Shown here: positions 44,206-53,314 of the stretch, piece by piece
Layout of the letters: each line of letters opens with the position of its first letter
Numbering within the stretch: the stretch's first letter is position 1
Assembly (NCBI GenBank): GCA_903866355.1
Contig: CAIPNE010000714.1
Coordinates: 64,825-128,824 of the forward strand
DNA length: 64,000 bases
Direction of reading: 5' to 3'
Source: an uncultured Gammaproteobacteria bacterium
GTDB taxonomy: Bacteria > Pseudomonadota > Gammaproteobacteria > Ga0077536
Program-made: the position numbers and the translations under genes
The notes under the pieces: generated by a model
Told to the model about the DNA's origin: nothing
The model's input: only the letters and a program-made list of their open reading frames with translations
The model's database searches: none

Positions 44206-47200
44206 TTATTTGAAGAAGAGCAGTGAGTCACTGCTGGGATCATTGGCTGCAATCCGGTTGGTCTGGGCGGTGCGCTGACCACTTCCCAGTCCGCGAGGAA
44301 TGCTGGTCCCGCGAGAAACAGCAGCGGAACGCTGACGGTTGGCCGCAGAGCGGTCAACATCGTTCTTGGCTTCAAGAAGCCGGGTACGGTCCACCACAGT
44401 GGCGTGCCGCATGGTCTGGAACCGGGCGATCAGCTTCCACTTCTCGCTGGACGGAGCCAGACCGGCGTTGATGTATGCCTCAGCGCAACGAACCGCCGCG
44501 ACTGCATCAGCCGTCCGATTGGACGTTTTCTCGCCGCCGCCGGGTGCCCAGAACTGTGAATCCGTGCTGAGGTCGGGATCGGCAAGATTGTCACCGGCAT
44601 TGCTGCCGTAGTCAGACAAGTCGTACTGGCTTGCCTGAGCGTCGGCGTCGGTGACATCTTTGACGGGAGCTTCCACGTCGGCGCGTGCCATAGGCGCTGC
44701 GGTTTCCAGCGACTCATTGGCTTTGCGATTCATGGTGGCCTCCCTTGTGGTTTCAGCCTTTCTGGCCTCAACCAGAACCTTTTCCAGGGTGGGGAACAGA
44801 TTGCCCAGCGGAACTCCGGTGGCGCGGATGTAGCGAGCGGCCTCACGCCGGATGAAGTTGGCGTTGCCATGCTGGCGAGCCGTCTTTCCGGTCGAGCGAG
44901 CGAGCCAGTCATCGAAGGCGGCGAAAGCATGAATGCTCGCATCCTTCGGCTGAGTGGCGACGTTGTCCAGAGCGATGGAGTCGAAGTCGTCGCCCTTCAG
45001 GGACTGATCGTCGGTACCCGACAGGTCGGGGTTGACGGTCGTCGGCTCCACGATGTTGTCGCCTGCGAGGAAGCGCCGGAAACCCTGCTGCGTCGGACGC
45101 ACACCGGCTTGGCGGCACAGCGAGGCGTACTTGTTGGCGGCGGCGTGCTGAGGACCAGAAGGAGCAGTCGGCTCTCCGACCGTCACATCAATCGGGCCGA
45201 ATGTGCTGCCTCCGGTGTAGGGGTTGACAGCATCCGGACCAGCGGTGTCGAGGCTATGCTCGCCAGCCACCTTCTTCTGACGCAGACGAGCCAGTGCGGC
45301 AGCATCACGCCGAAGCTGATCGGTCCCACGCTGAACGCGGGCGACGAGAGTGTTCTCCGTGTTGGAAATGGAGTCACCGACAGTCGGGTTCACCAGTGCC
45401 TCTTCGGCAGGGGTCTGGCTCAGGAAGATCTCTTCCTGCGCACCCTGGTCATTGCGACCGTAGGGGCCACCATCGACGTGACCACTTTCGTCGGCATGCA
45501 GACGGCGACCACGGGATGCGACCTTCCCGCGTTCGGACAGGTTAATTCCCATGGAACGTCCTTTCTGTATCCTTCGTTCTTTCTTTTGCGAAGCGGTGTT
45601 TCTCACAGGGCGCTTCTTCCCTTTGGACGGTCGAGTCCAAAAGTTTTCTGTCGTACCTTGAATGAAATAGTCGATGCTGCCGGGGTCAGAGGGATCGCAG
45701 CCGTTCTTTTTGCAGAACTCCACATATGCCTGCTGGTCATCTTTGGCCGTGCGATAACGAGCTTCGATTTGGGGCGGCACGCTGGACGGATTGACCGGCT
45801 GCTCTTCCTCTTCGTACTCTTCTTCCGGTTCACCTTCGGCGTAGGGCTGGCTTTCTGCACCCATGTCGCCACCCATCGACGGATCAACAGGACCGCCGCC
45901 GTACAGTTCCGACTCTGCATAGGCCAGATCGCCTTGTGCCTGGTTGAGCAGAGCGAGTTCCTGCTCCGGTCCCATTTGACCCAGGTTGGGGTCCAGTGCA
46001 GGCTGGCCCATCGACGGATCGCCGCCCATCATCGACGGATCAACAGGAGCGCTGCCCATGTCCTCCGCGTAGCGATATCGGGGCATTTTTCTTCCTCCTT
46101 TGCGGGTCGGGATGCCGACCTCTTCAACATCCTCAACCCGCCGGTCGGCGTCGAGGCCCGCATCTTCCTGGGCACGGTCTAGCCGCTTAGCCTGGTCGAA
46201 GTCAGGGGTGCTTAACTCTTCGGGAGAATCCACATAGTGGTGGAAGTCGTCGCTTCCGTCGTCCTCCGACTGCTCGCGCAGAGTGTCAATATCTTCGGGA
46301 GCTTCAGTTTCCCCCCAGGCATAGCGGCGATTCGCGGCACGCATGATGTTGTTTCCTCCCGGCTGATACCAGATATGAACGTGATCCATGTGGTCTTGGG
46401 TTGCGTTTCCGGTATTACCGGCGCTGTAGGGGCTTGGATCGGCTCCATTCCCGTAGCCGTAAACTTGGTTATTCCAGATCAACCCATGCACATTAGGATC
46501 TTGAAGAGCCTGTTGCAGAACTCTGTCACCCGACTCAATATCGGGCACCATCACGTCGAGGGCACCGTTTTGATGCTCGCCATACTGGTCTGCTTCATGG
46601 TCACCGACAGTGAACCCTTGGTTTTCCCAGTGCGGCATCATCGAATGGGCAAAGTCTCTAGCGCTGCCGTCTCCGGTAACTCCACCACCGCTGCTGCTGC
46701 TACCGCCTCCACCGCCGCTAGTCCCGCCTCCACTGGACGATCCACCACCACCACCACCAGGATTGACCCAGCCTTCGCCGGGGGTGAGGTTGTACTGCGT
46801 CGGGGCTGACGGCATTCCTGTCATGTCACCCGGCGTCAGATCCTTCATGGTGGACATGGTCTTGTTTTCGTCTTCTTCATAAGCGGCTGCATACCGCCGC
46901 AAAGCATGGCGCTTAGCCATGTCGTAGCCTTGCTCGTACCGACCGCGAACGAAGTCTGCTTCTTGAGAGTTAAGGCCCTTTAATGCATCGGCCACATCGG
47001 GGTTTTCGTCGGCAGTATCCGAATCACCCCGGTCGTATGCTTGCCGACCGATATCTGACCAATCAACTTCAGAAGCACGATTAGCCGTCAGGAACTCAGG
47101 CTGAACCCGCAGGAACTCACGGAGCTTGCGCAGCCTCTTGTCCCTCTCCAGGTCGTCCAAGATCCTGTCAGGAATACTGCGCCGGTTCTTCTTCTTCTCC

Positions 47201-48162
47201 AGCCGCTTCTTCTCTTTAGCGTCGGCTAAAGCAAGCTCTTCGCGGGTGGGGATGTAGGACTGCTTCTTGTTCCACGCCAACGTCTTGAAGGCTTGCGGGT
47301 CGGAGCTTCCCGTTGTGCTGTTCTTGTCTTCGATGAAGGTGCCGGAAACGGGTTCGGTCGCCATGGTAAAGGCCCGCGCCGGATTCATTCCCCCACCAGC
47401 GATGCCACTGTCCAATGGCTGCGGCTGGAAGTCGCCGTATCCGGCATCAAACCCGCCGCCCCTCATGGGGTCGATGGTGTCGGGGTCGATGTCGCCAATT
47501 TGCTCGCCGTGGCGACGATTAGCCACCACGACACGGCTGACCACAGCAGTTTCGTCAGCAGGATCGAACACATAGCTGAGTTCAAAGAAACCCAGCTTGA
47601 AACAGTTCTCGTAAACCAGCGTTGGCTCTCCGGTTTTGGCGTGCCGCAGCGTCTCACCTTTGTGATGCTTAACGTGGTCGCACATATCGGAGATATCGGT
47701 GGCTTTATTGTCGCAAACAGAACACTTCGTGAACCCGGCTTCGACGCCCATAGAGACGGAGTCCATGCCGCCTTCATGGATTTCCTTAGCGAGCTTGGGG
47801 AAGCGAACAGCGTCGATTTCCTGAATGACCTCGACGTATTTGTCATTACCGGCTTCGCGGTACCTAGCGGCAACCACCCGGCCACGGGCCTTTTCTGGAT
47901 CAAAGTTCTGGTGATTGACGAACACCGGCTTGCCCAGGAATGTGCGGAAAGACTTCTTCAGTTCCTCGCTGGGCCACGCATCGTAGTTCTGATTGATCCG
48001 CGCACTGATCGCCCGCACCTGGGTGTAGATCATCCCCGGCTGCATCTTGAAGTCGTCAATGACGGCGGCGTAGCGCCCTGTATAGGACGCCACAAGCTGC
48101 CGCACGCCATTATCGGTCAGACCGCGTGAGGCCGCAGCGCTGTACCGCATAGTCGCCGTCAC
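44206..48162 (-). CDS. 1318-aa protein consisting of an N-terminal HK97-type prohead serine-protease-like domain (Peptidase_S78-like) fused to an extension of more than 1,000 aa
   Basis: The N-terminal 220 aa read ...GKPVFVNHQNFDPEKARGRVV... (the His motif) and ...GGMDSVSMGVEAGF... (the Ser motif). A GTG start follows GGAGGG. The extension is acidic and Gly/Ser-rich, with one compact histidine-rich segment ...GLIWNNQVYGYGNG...DHMDHVHIW... Confidence 0.55.
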   Translation of the reverse strand: MTATMRYSAAASRGLTDNGVRQLVASYTGRYAAVIDDFKMQPGMIYTQVRAISARINQNYDAWPSEELKKSFRTFLGKPVFVNHQNFDPEKARGRVVAARYREAGNDKYVEVIQEIDAVRFPKLAKEIHEGGMDSVSMGVEAGFTKCSVCDNKATDISDMCDHVKHHKGETLRHAKTGEPTLVYENCFKLGFFELSYVFDPADETAVVSRVVVANRRHGEQIGDIDPDTIDPMRGGGFDAGYGDFQPQPLDSGIAGGGMNPARAFTMATEPVSGTFIEDKNSTTGSSDPQAFKTLAWNKKQSYIPTREELALADAKEKKRLEKKKNRRSIPDRILDDLERDKRLRKLREFLRVQPEFLTANRASEVDWSDIGRQAYDRGDSDTADENPDVADALKGLNSQEADFVRGRYEQGYDMAKRHALRRYAAAYEEDENKTMSTMKDLTPGDMTGMPSAPTQYNLTPGEGWVNPGGGGGGSSSGGGTSGGGGGSSSSGGGVTGDGSARDFAHSMMPHWENQGFTVGDHEADQYGEHQNGALDVMVPDIESGDRVLQQALQDPNVHGLIWNNQVYGYGNGADPSPYSAGNTGNATQDHMDHVHIWYQPGGNNIMRAANRRYAWGETEAPEDIDTLREQSEDDGSDDFHHYVDSPEELSTPDFDQAKRLDRAQEDAGLDADRRVEDVEEVGIPTRKGGRKMPRYRYAEDMGSAPVDPSMMGGDPSMGQPALDPNLGQMGPEQELALLNQAQGDLAYAESELYGGGPVDPSMGGDMGAESQPYAEGEPEEEYEEEEQPVNPSSVPPQIEARYRTAKDDQQAYVEFCKKNGCDPSDPGSIDYFIQGTTENFWTRPSKGKKRPVRNTASQKKERRIQKGRSMGINLSERGKVASRGRRLHADESGHVDGGPYGRNDQGAQEEIFLSQTPAEEALVNPTVGDSISNTENTLVARVQRGTDQLRRDAAALARLRQKKVAGEHSLDTAGPDAVNPYTGGSTFGPIDVTVGEPTAPSGPQHAAANKYASLCRQAGVRPTQQGFRRFLAGDNIVEPTTVNPDLSGTDDQSLKGDDFDSIALDNVATQPKDASIHAFAAFDDWLARSTGKTARQHGNANFIRREAARYIRATGVPLGNLFPTLEKVLVEARKAETTREATMNRKANESLETAAPMARADVEAPVKDVTDADAQASQYDLSDYGSNAGDNLADPDLSTDSQFWAPGGGEKTSNRTADAVAAVRCAEAYINAGLAPSSEKWKLIARFQTMRHATVVDRTRLLEAKNDVDRSAANRQRSAAVSRGTSIPRGLGSGQRTAQTNRIAANDPSSDSLLFFK

Positions 48163-48165
48163 CGA

Positions 48166-51100
48166 CTAGCCCTCCAGGTAGTGGGTTCCCCGAAGGTCAA
48201 GACCGGGGAGATTGCGGGCACCCTGCGGGTGCGCTTCGTCCATCAACTCTTGCTGCTCAGCCAGCGAGTAAACCCGGCCAGCCGTACGCAGGAAGCCTTG
48301 TGCAGCGTTGGCTATAGCGTCGTCGCTATAACCGCCGCCAGATATGGCACCGCCGCCTAAGGCTGTGTTGCCGATGTTGGCCTGGAACTGACGGACGATG
48401 TCGGAGCCGTCGTCGTAAGCCGCCTGCTTGGGCTGAACCTTGTAGTTGATGAGGTCGCTTTCCGGCTCATCCAACAGGTCGATGTAGTCGTGGTGGTTGT
48501 CCCACTCTTCGCTGGTGGAGAACCAGTCCTTACGAGACGGACCACTGCCTGCAAACGCGGGATCAACAGCACTGGAGTCATCGTTGAAGTTGCTGAGTTG
48601 GGAATCATCACCGTCTGCTACGACGCCTGCGGTAAGCAGGCCAGAAATACCGTTGCCGATAGCAGATCCGATGCCGGATGCAATGGGACCAAGGGTTTGG
48701 GTAACCATCGGTAGGACAGCACCGCCGACATCCTGCAAAATCGGCATTACATTGTTGAGAAAGAAGTCGCCGTCTAGTCCGCTACCCACTCCGCTAGTGG
48801 AATTGGCATTCTGCGGAAGATCTTCTTCCAGCTTCTTGCCGCCGTCAGACTGAACCGGCTGCTGCGGCTGACTCCGGTTGTTGAAGTTGTCCGTCGTGAT
48901 CTGAGGAAGAGGATCTACCCCACTAGACGGTGGGCCGGTAGGGGCCTGCTGCTGTGGCTGCTGAACAGGAACGGCTGGCTGCTGAGCGGCAGGCTGCTGC
49001 GGTTCGCCCGCCCCACTCAAGGCACCCAGATCTTCGTCTTCGTCGGCAAAAAAGTGACGGCTACCCTGGAATTGAGTCAGGCCAGGATTGCCAAGGGGTT
49101 GCCCTCCAGTGCCGGGTATCGCCGTATTCTCAAGGCCCGCCGAAGGCGTCGGGGGCATAGAGAAGCTGGTGCTGTTCGGCGGGCCAGGATCGGGGGCGTA
49201 GTCAGAAATCCCGTCAGCCGGGGCTGGGCCAGGGGCTGGAGGAACGCCTGGAGTTCCCGACGTAGGTGCAGAGCCACCAGGCTCAACCGGAGGCGGCTGG
49301 GTTCCTGTGTCGGGCGAATCAGCCGTTGCCGCCGGGGCACCGGGGATCTTCAGGGTGTCGTCGGCAAAGATCAAATCTTTGTTGGTGATCTGAGAGTTGC
49401 CACCCATCAGATCGTCAATGCCCACACCAGAACGCTCACTGATGCTGGTCAAGGTGTCACCGGACTGAATCTTGTAGTCACCGGCCCCAATGGCATCTTT
49501 GTTGCCGTTGGGGGACCAGTCGGAGCCACCGCCGCCACCACCGGCTGCGCCACCGCCACCAGTGCCAACGGGGGTTTCAGTCGCCGTGTTCTTGACCTCC
49601 GGACTACCACCGCCTAAATCCTTAAAAGCATCAGGATCAGAGCTTCCGGTTGGTGACGATGGAGCGTCTGGAGCGTCCTTGGGCTTGTTGTTGTAGTCGC
49701 CAGATCCTGTGGGGTTTAGCCGCGTAGGGGCGTCATCGTTATAGAACGGGTTCCGAAGGTCAAAGTTCTCCGTAAGAAAACCGTTGCCATTGTCGCGCTC
49801 AAAAGGGGAGCGGGTGCTTTGGCCTATCCAGTCGAAAAGATCACCTACAGGATCGGGCTTCTCTGCGGTGCGCCGCATAGCGACGAACAGGCTGGCGTCG
49901 TAGCCACGATCACGAAGCTCGCTGACGATTTCGGAGACTTCATGGTTACGCTCAGCCATATTCCCGAAGTTCTCAGCCGCCGGTTCAGCGCTGAGGTCGC
50001 GGAGTTTTTTTAGTAGATTCTCGTCAGCGGTGTAGGTCAGAGCTTCCTTGCGCATGCTGAAGCGGACGATGGGGGTGTCCTCGTCGTCCAGCTTGCCGTG
50101 GTTCTTGGCCCAGGACTTATCGACCTTGGCAGCTTTCTCCTGCCACGCATCGGTCCACCCTGGCCGCTTGTTCCCCTGAGCCTGATCCTTCATCACCTGT
50201 GCCCAGATTTTTGCGGTCATAGGGTCTTCAGGGTCGATGCCGTGGTGGTCGGCCCACTCCAGAAACTGGTTGGTGGCGACACCGGCTGTGATCTGATCCG
50301 GCCCGGTGGTCTTGCGCTCGTCCTTCTCCACGTCGATGGAGGTCGGATCTGCCGGATCGGGGATGCGGTACAGATCCGGCGACAGCCGGTCGGGCTTCCC
50401 TTGTGAACGCAGCGTGGGGTTGTCGTGGCCGTTGCCACCCTCCCAGACCTCATTGGGGTCGAAGGTGTAGCCGTCTACGTCGTAGTTACGCTGCGGACGC
50501 TCCGTGAAGTTGTCGTAGATGTAGTCGTAGACCTTTTTTGCATCTTCGGACGTAGGTTCGTCGTCAAGCTGAGACATGAAGGCGTCGGCTGACGGAAGAT
50601 CCACCACGCCCATGTTCACGTCACTCACCCAGGACTTGTAGTCCTCCAGCACACTGCCGCCGCGAGAGAGGAATCGGTCGTACGCCGATTCGGGGAGCAT
50701 TTCCCCCCGTGCAGAAGCACCAGGCTTGGGGAGCGAGGCCCAATAGCTCTCTGCATTCGGGAACTCGCTTTGTGCCGCTTCCGGCTTCGCGTTGATTTCC
50801 TGCTGGTACCAGTCCTTGGCCTTCGGGTGATCCGGCGCAATGTTATGGACTCGCAGGAACGTCTCGTACGGCAGCTTGCCGTCTGGACCCAGAAGGTGTT
50901 CGTCGTAGGCCAGCTTCTGCGAATGCCGGGACCGCGAACTGGGGCTGACCACAGGCAAGCTGCGGCGCGGCTTATTCTTCTTCGGCAGCTTCTGCTGGCG
51001 GGGCCTGCCGGTCTGGTGGGCCGACTGCATGGTGAAGTACGCGGCAAGGCCGTGGCTGCACAGACGGCCAACGAAGGTCTTCTTGCGCCGGAATGCCCAC

Positions 51101-52623
51101 TTACCCCACTCGCAGCCGCAATGCCATTGGTCGATGGAGTTCGACCCGGTCAAGCTGGCACCCTTGAAGATGACCACGTCGTAAGTGCCGTTGTCACCGA
51201 CCACCGACGCCATGATCCTGTTGGGGGCCATGTCCTTGACCGTTACCGCGCCGGAAGTCTTGAGGCGCATCGCTTTGGTCCGCACATCCGACCACGCCGC
51301 CTCGCGGATCATCGGATCGGCTTCCACCAGATCCATGTACTGGCCGACGCGAGGGTCCAGGCCGGTAGCCGACTCAATGATGTAGGCGGTGCGCTGGATG
51401 AAGGTGACCGGATCGGTGCGGAACTGATTCAACGGATCATTGGCAGCAGCCCGGTGAATCGGCAGGTCGATGTACTTATCGCTCAAACCGGCAGGGCGCT
51501 CTACAGAAGAGTGCCTCCTATTCGGGGAGTGGCACCACTCGCAATGCTCTTCGCCGTCATCTTCACCGAAGTCGCAGCCGTGTGTGTAGCAGCCTTCGTC
51601 AAGGAAGGCTTGGTCATCGTCACTACCTGCCGTGACGTAGATCGGCTCGTAGTTGTGCAGTGCCCGGTCGAAGAGTTCTTCGTCTCCGACATGCTTCTTG
51701 ACATACTCTTCGTAGCGCTTCTGCTCGCGGGGGTCGTCAAACTTCGGGGCGGGATGGGCAGCCAGCCAGTCCTCATCGTCCCAGACCTCTACCTCGTTGG
51801 GCAGAAGCATTTCCGGCTCCGGAGCTTTGCGGTGCTTGCCGGGATAGGCGGTGTGAATGCTAGCTCCGCGCTGGTTGAACTTGTCCAGCAGGCCGTAGCC
51901 GTCTACGCCGTGGGTTTTCCCGTACAGATTGGCGGTGGCATCCTGGTCAGGCTGAAGGCCAGCCTGCTGTGCCCACTGAACGTAGTGATTCATTGAGCCG
52001 GGGCGGGCGGTGCGGAGGCTGCCCTCGCGGAACGGAATTGCTTGGTGCATAGCCGGGATCGGATCGCCGTACTCATCAACGTGGCCCCATGTGCCGTCCG
52101 ACTCTTGAGTCAACTGCTCGCCGCACTCCTCGCAGCCAGATTCTGCCGACTCCCGGCTGCTGGTGGCGAACAGATGCGGGGCGGGGCCGGGGTAGGGGCC
52201 ACCCTCTTCGCTCTCGCCGGTCACAGAGTTAGTCGGCGTCATCCGCTCTTCCAGATCTACGTCGTGATCCGGAGTGATGGTCTGATCTTCTTCGTACATC
52301 TCAGTCGGGTGCTGAGGCTCGTAGTCGTAAGGCAGGGTGGTGGACATCGACTCGTCCACGTCGCCTAGAGCGCCAGCGCGAGTTCGGGTCAGCCAGGTTT
52401 TGCGGGTGTCTTCCGGCTGCTCCAGAAGCTCCTGACGGTACCCCTCATAGTCAGGCTCTTCACCCTCGCTGGAGTCCTCACTGGCTGCAATCTTCGTCTC
52501 GTCAATCCAGACGGAAAAGCCCTGACCGGCAACCTTGTACTGGGTACGGCCTCGCGTCGTCTCCGTATCGGTGACGGTACCGGGGCCGTGGGCAGTATGG
52601 ACGGCGCTGCCGATTTTAAGCAT
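48166..52623 (-). CDS. 1485-aa head-module protein with several Cys clusters, a SWIM-type zinc-finger motif (CxCx(n)CxH), a LysM domain and a long Pro/Gln-rich region
   Basis: AGGAGG precedes the ATG. The zinc-finger segment is ...DQWHCGCEWGKWAFRRKKTFVGRLCSHGLAAYF... The LysM-like segment is ...DYKIQSGDTLTSISERSGVGIDDLMGGNSQITNKDLIFADDTLKIPG... Another cluster reads CYTHGCDFGEDDGEEHCEWCH. Confidence 0.6.
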   Translation of the reverse strand: MLKIGSAVHTAHGPGTVTDTETTRGRTQYKVAGQGFSVWIDETKIAASEDSSEGEEPDYEGYRQELLEQPEDTRKTWLTRTRAGALGDVDESMSTTLPYDYEPQHPTEMYEEDQTITPDHDVDLEERMTPTNSVTGESEEGGPYPGPAPHLFATSSRESAESGCEECGEQLTQESDGTWGHVDEYGDPIPAMHQAIPFREGSLRTARPGSMNHYVQWAQQAGLQPDQDATANLYGKTHGVDGYGLLDKFNQRGASIHTAYPGKHRKAPEPEMLLPNEVEVWDDEDWLAAHPAPKFDDPREQKRYEEYVKKHVGDEELFDRALHNYEPIYVTAGSDDDQAFLDEGCYTHGCDFGEDDGEEHCEWCHSPNRRHSSVERPAGLSDKYIDLPIHRAAANDPLNQFRTDPVTFIQRTAYIIESATGLDPRVGQYMDLVEADPMIREAAWSDVRTKAMRLKTSGAVTVKDMAPNRIMASVVGDNGTYDVVIFKGASLTGSNSIDQWHCGCEWGKWAFRRKKTFVGRLCSHGLAAYFTMQSAHQTGRPRQQKLPKKNKPRRSLPVVSPSSRSRHSQKLAYDEHLLGPDGKLPYETFLRVHNIAPDHPKAKDWYQQEINAKPEAAQSEFPNAESYWASLPKPGASARGEMLPESAYDRFLSRGGSVLEDYKSWVSDVNMGVVDLPSADAFMSQLDDEPTSEDAKKVYDYIYDNFTERPQRNYDVDGYTFDPNEVWEGGNGHDNPTLRSQGKPDRLSPDLYRIPDPADPTSIDVEKDERKTTGPDQITAGVATNQFLEWADHHGIDPEDPMTAKIWAQVMKDQAQGNKRPGWTDAWQEKAAKVDKSWAKNHGKLDDEDTPIVRFSMRKEALTYTADENLLKKLRDLSAEPAAENFGNMAERNHEVSEIVSELRDRGYDASLFVAMRRTAEKPDPVGDLFDWIGQSTRSPFERDNGNGFLTENFDLRNPFYNDDAPTRLNPTGSGDYNNKPKDAPDAPSSPTGSSDPDAFKDLGGGSPEVKNTATETPVGTGGGGAAGGGGGGSDWSPNGNKDAIGAGDYKIQSGDTLTSISERSGVGIDDLMGGNSQITNKDLIFADDTLKIPGAPAATADSPDTGTQPPPVEPGGSAPTSGTPGVPPAPGPAPADGISDYAPDPGPPNSTSFSMPPTPSAGLENTAIPGTGGQPLGNPGLTQFQGSRHFFADEDEDLGALSGAGEPQQPAAQQPAVPVQQPQQQAPTGPPSSGVDPLPQITTDNFNNRSQPQQPVQSDGGKKLEEDLPQNANSTSGVGSGLDGDFFLNNVMPILQDVGGAVLPMVTQTLGPIASGIGSAIGNGISGLLTAGVVADGDDSQLSNFNDDSSAVDPAFAGSGPSRKDWFSTSEEWDNHHDYIDLLDEPESDLINYKVQPKQAAYDDGSDIVRQFQANIGNTALGGGAISGGGYSDDAIANAAQGFLRTAGRVYSLAEQQELMDEAHPQGARNLPGLDLRGTHYLEG

Positions 52624-52698
52624 GGGTGCTACCTCCTACCTTTTCTGGCAGGGCGTGGCAGCGGTTACAGGTTTAGATCCTGGTGAGAAGCCCTTGCG

Positions 52699-52947
52699 TC
52701 AGGGCTTGTAATACACCGGAAGGCCGAAGAGTCCGGAGTCGGAATGCTCCCAAAATCTCTTCCAGCTACAGTGCAGGTTGTAGACCTCAGAGGCTAGGTC
52801 AGGGCTTTCCATTGGGCAGGTGACCATTTCTGTGCCCTCCCGCGCCGCCATAATCCCGTGCTGGTTCAGGTACTCCGATAGCGACACGGCCTGGTCGGCG
52901 CTGTCGGTTGGGAGAGTCATATAAAAGACGGAAACCTCTGACTTCAC
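52699..52947 (-). CDS. Small hypothetical protein
   Basis: 82-aa ORF with a GTG start and an uncertain start choice. An alternative ATG at 52918-52920 exists. Confidence 0.3.
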   Translation of the reverse strand: MKSEVSVFYMTLPTDSADQAVSLSEYLNQHGIMAAREGTEMVTCPMESPDLASEVYNLHCSWKRFWEHSDSGLFGLPVYYKP

Positions 52948-53038
52948 TGGGCTGGGCCTCTCTTTTGTTGGGGGTCTGGGTCACCCTAATCTAAGGGACT
53001 AGAGAGGCGCTAGATCTTGGATCGTTTTCAGGAAATGT

Positions 53039-53314
53039 TTATGGGGCAGTGCAGACTTCATCGCTGTCGATAGGGTAGTTCTTAGTGTCCCGAATGGTGG
53101 TGGTTACAGAGCGGGACACCCAGCCGTAGCAGGACAGGAACTCGTCCTCATCGAAACCGATTTCTTCGGCAGTTTTGCGCAAGACCTGGAGCAGTAACCA
53201 TCGCTGCTGTTCGTCTTGAATGGGGTGCGTCCGGTATTCGTTCCATGCAACGGTTCCGTTGGGCAGGGATAGTCCGTACTCCGTACGGGCAGATATCACG
53301 TCGTCGTCACTCAC
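53039..53314 (-). CDS. Small acidic hypothetical protein
   Basis: 91 aa. It is ATGA-coupled to the portal gene. Confidence 0.4.
   Translation of the reverse strand: MSDDDVISARTEYGLSLPNGTVAWNEYRTHPIQDEQQRWLLLQVLRKTAEEIGFDEDEFLSCYGWVSRSVTTTIRDTKNYPIDSDEVCTAP

Noticed and set aside
52688-52707. Small hairpin AAGCCCT-tgcgtc-AGGGCTT around the stop of the 82-aa ORF, as a terminator
   Set aside because: The stem is only 7 bp with no U-tract. It may simply be coding-sequence coincidence. The start of the 82-aa ORF is itself uncertain.
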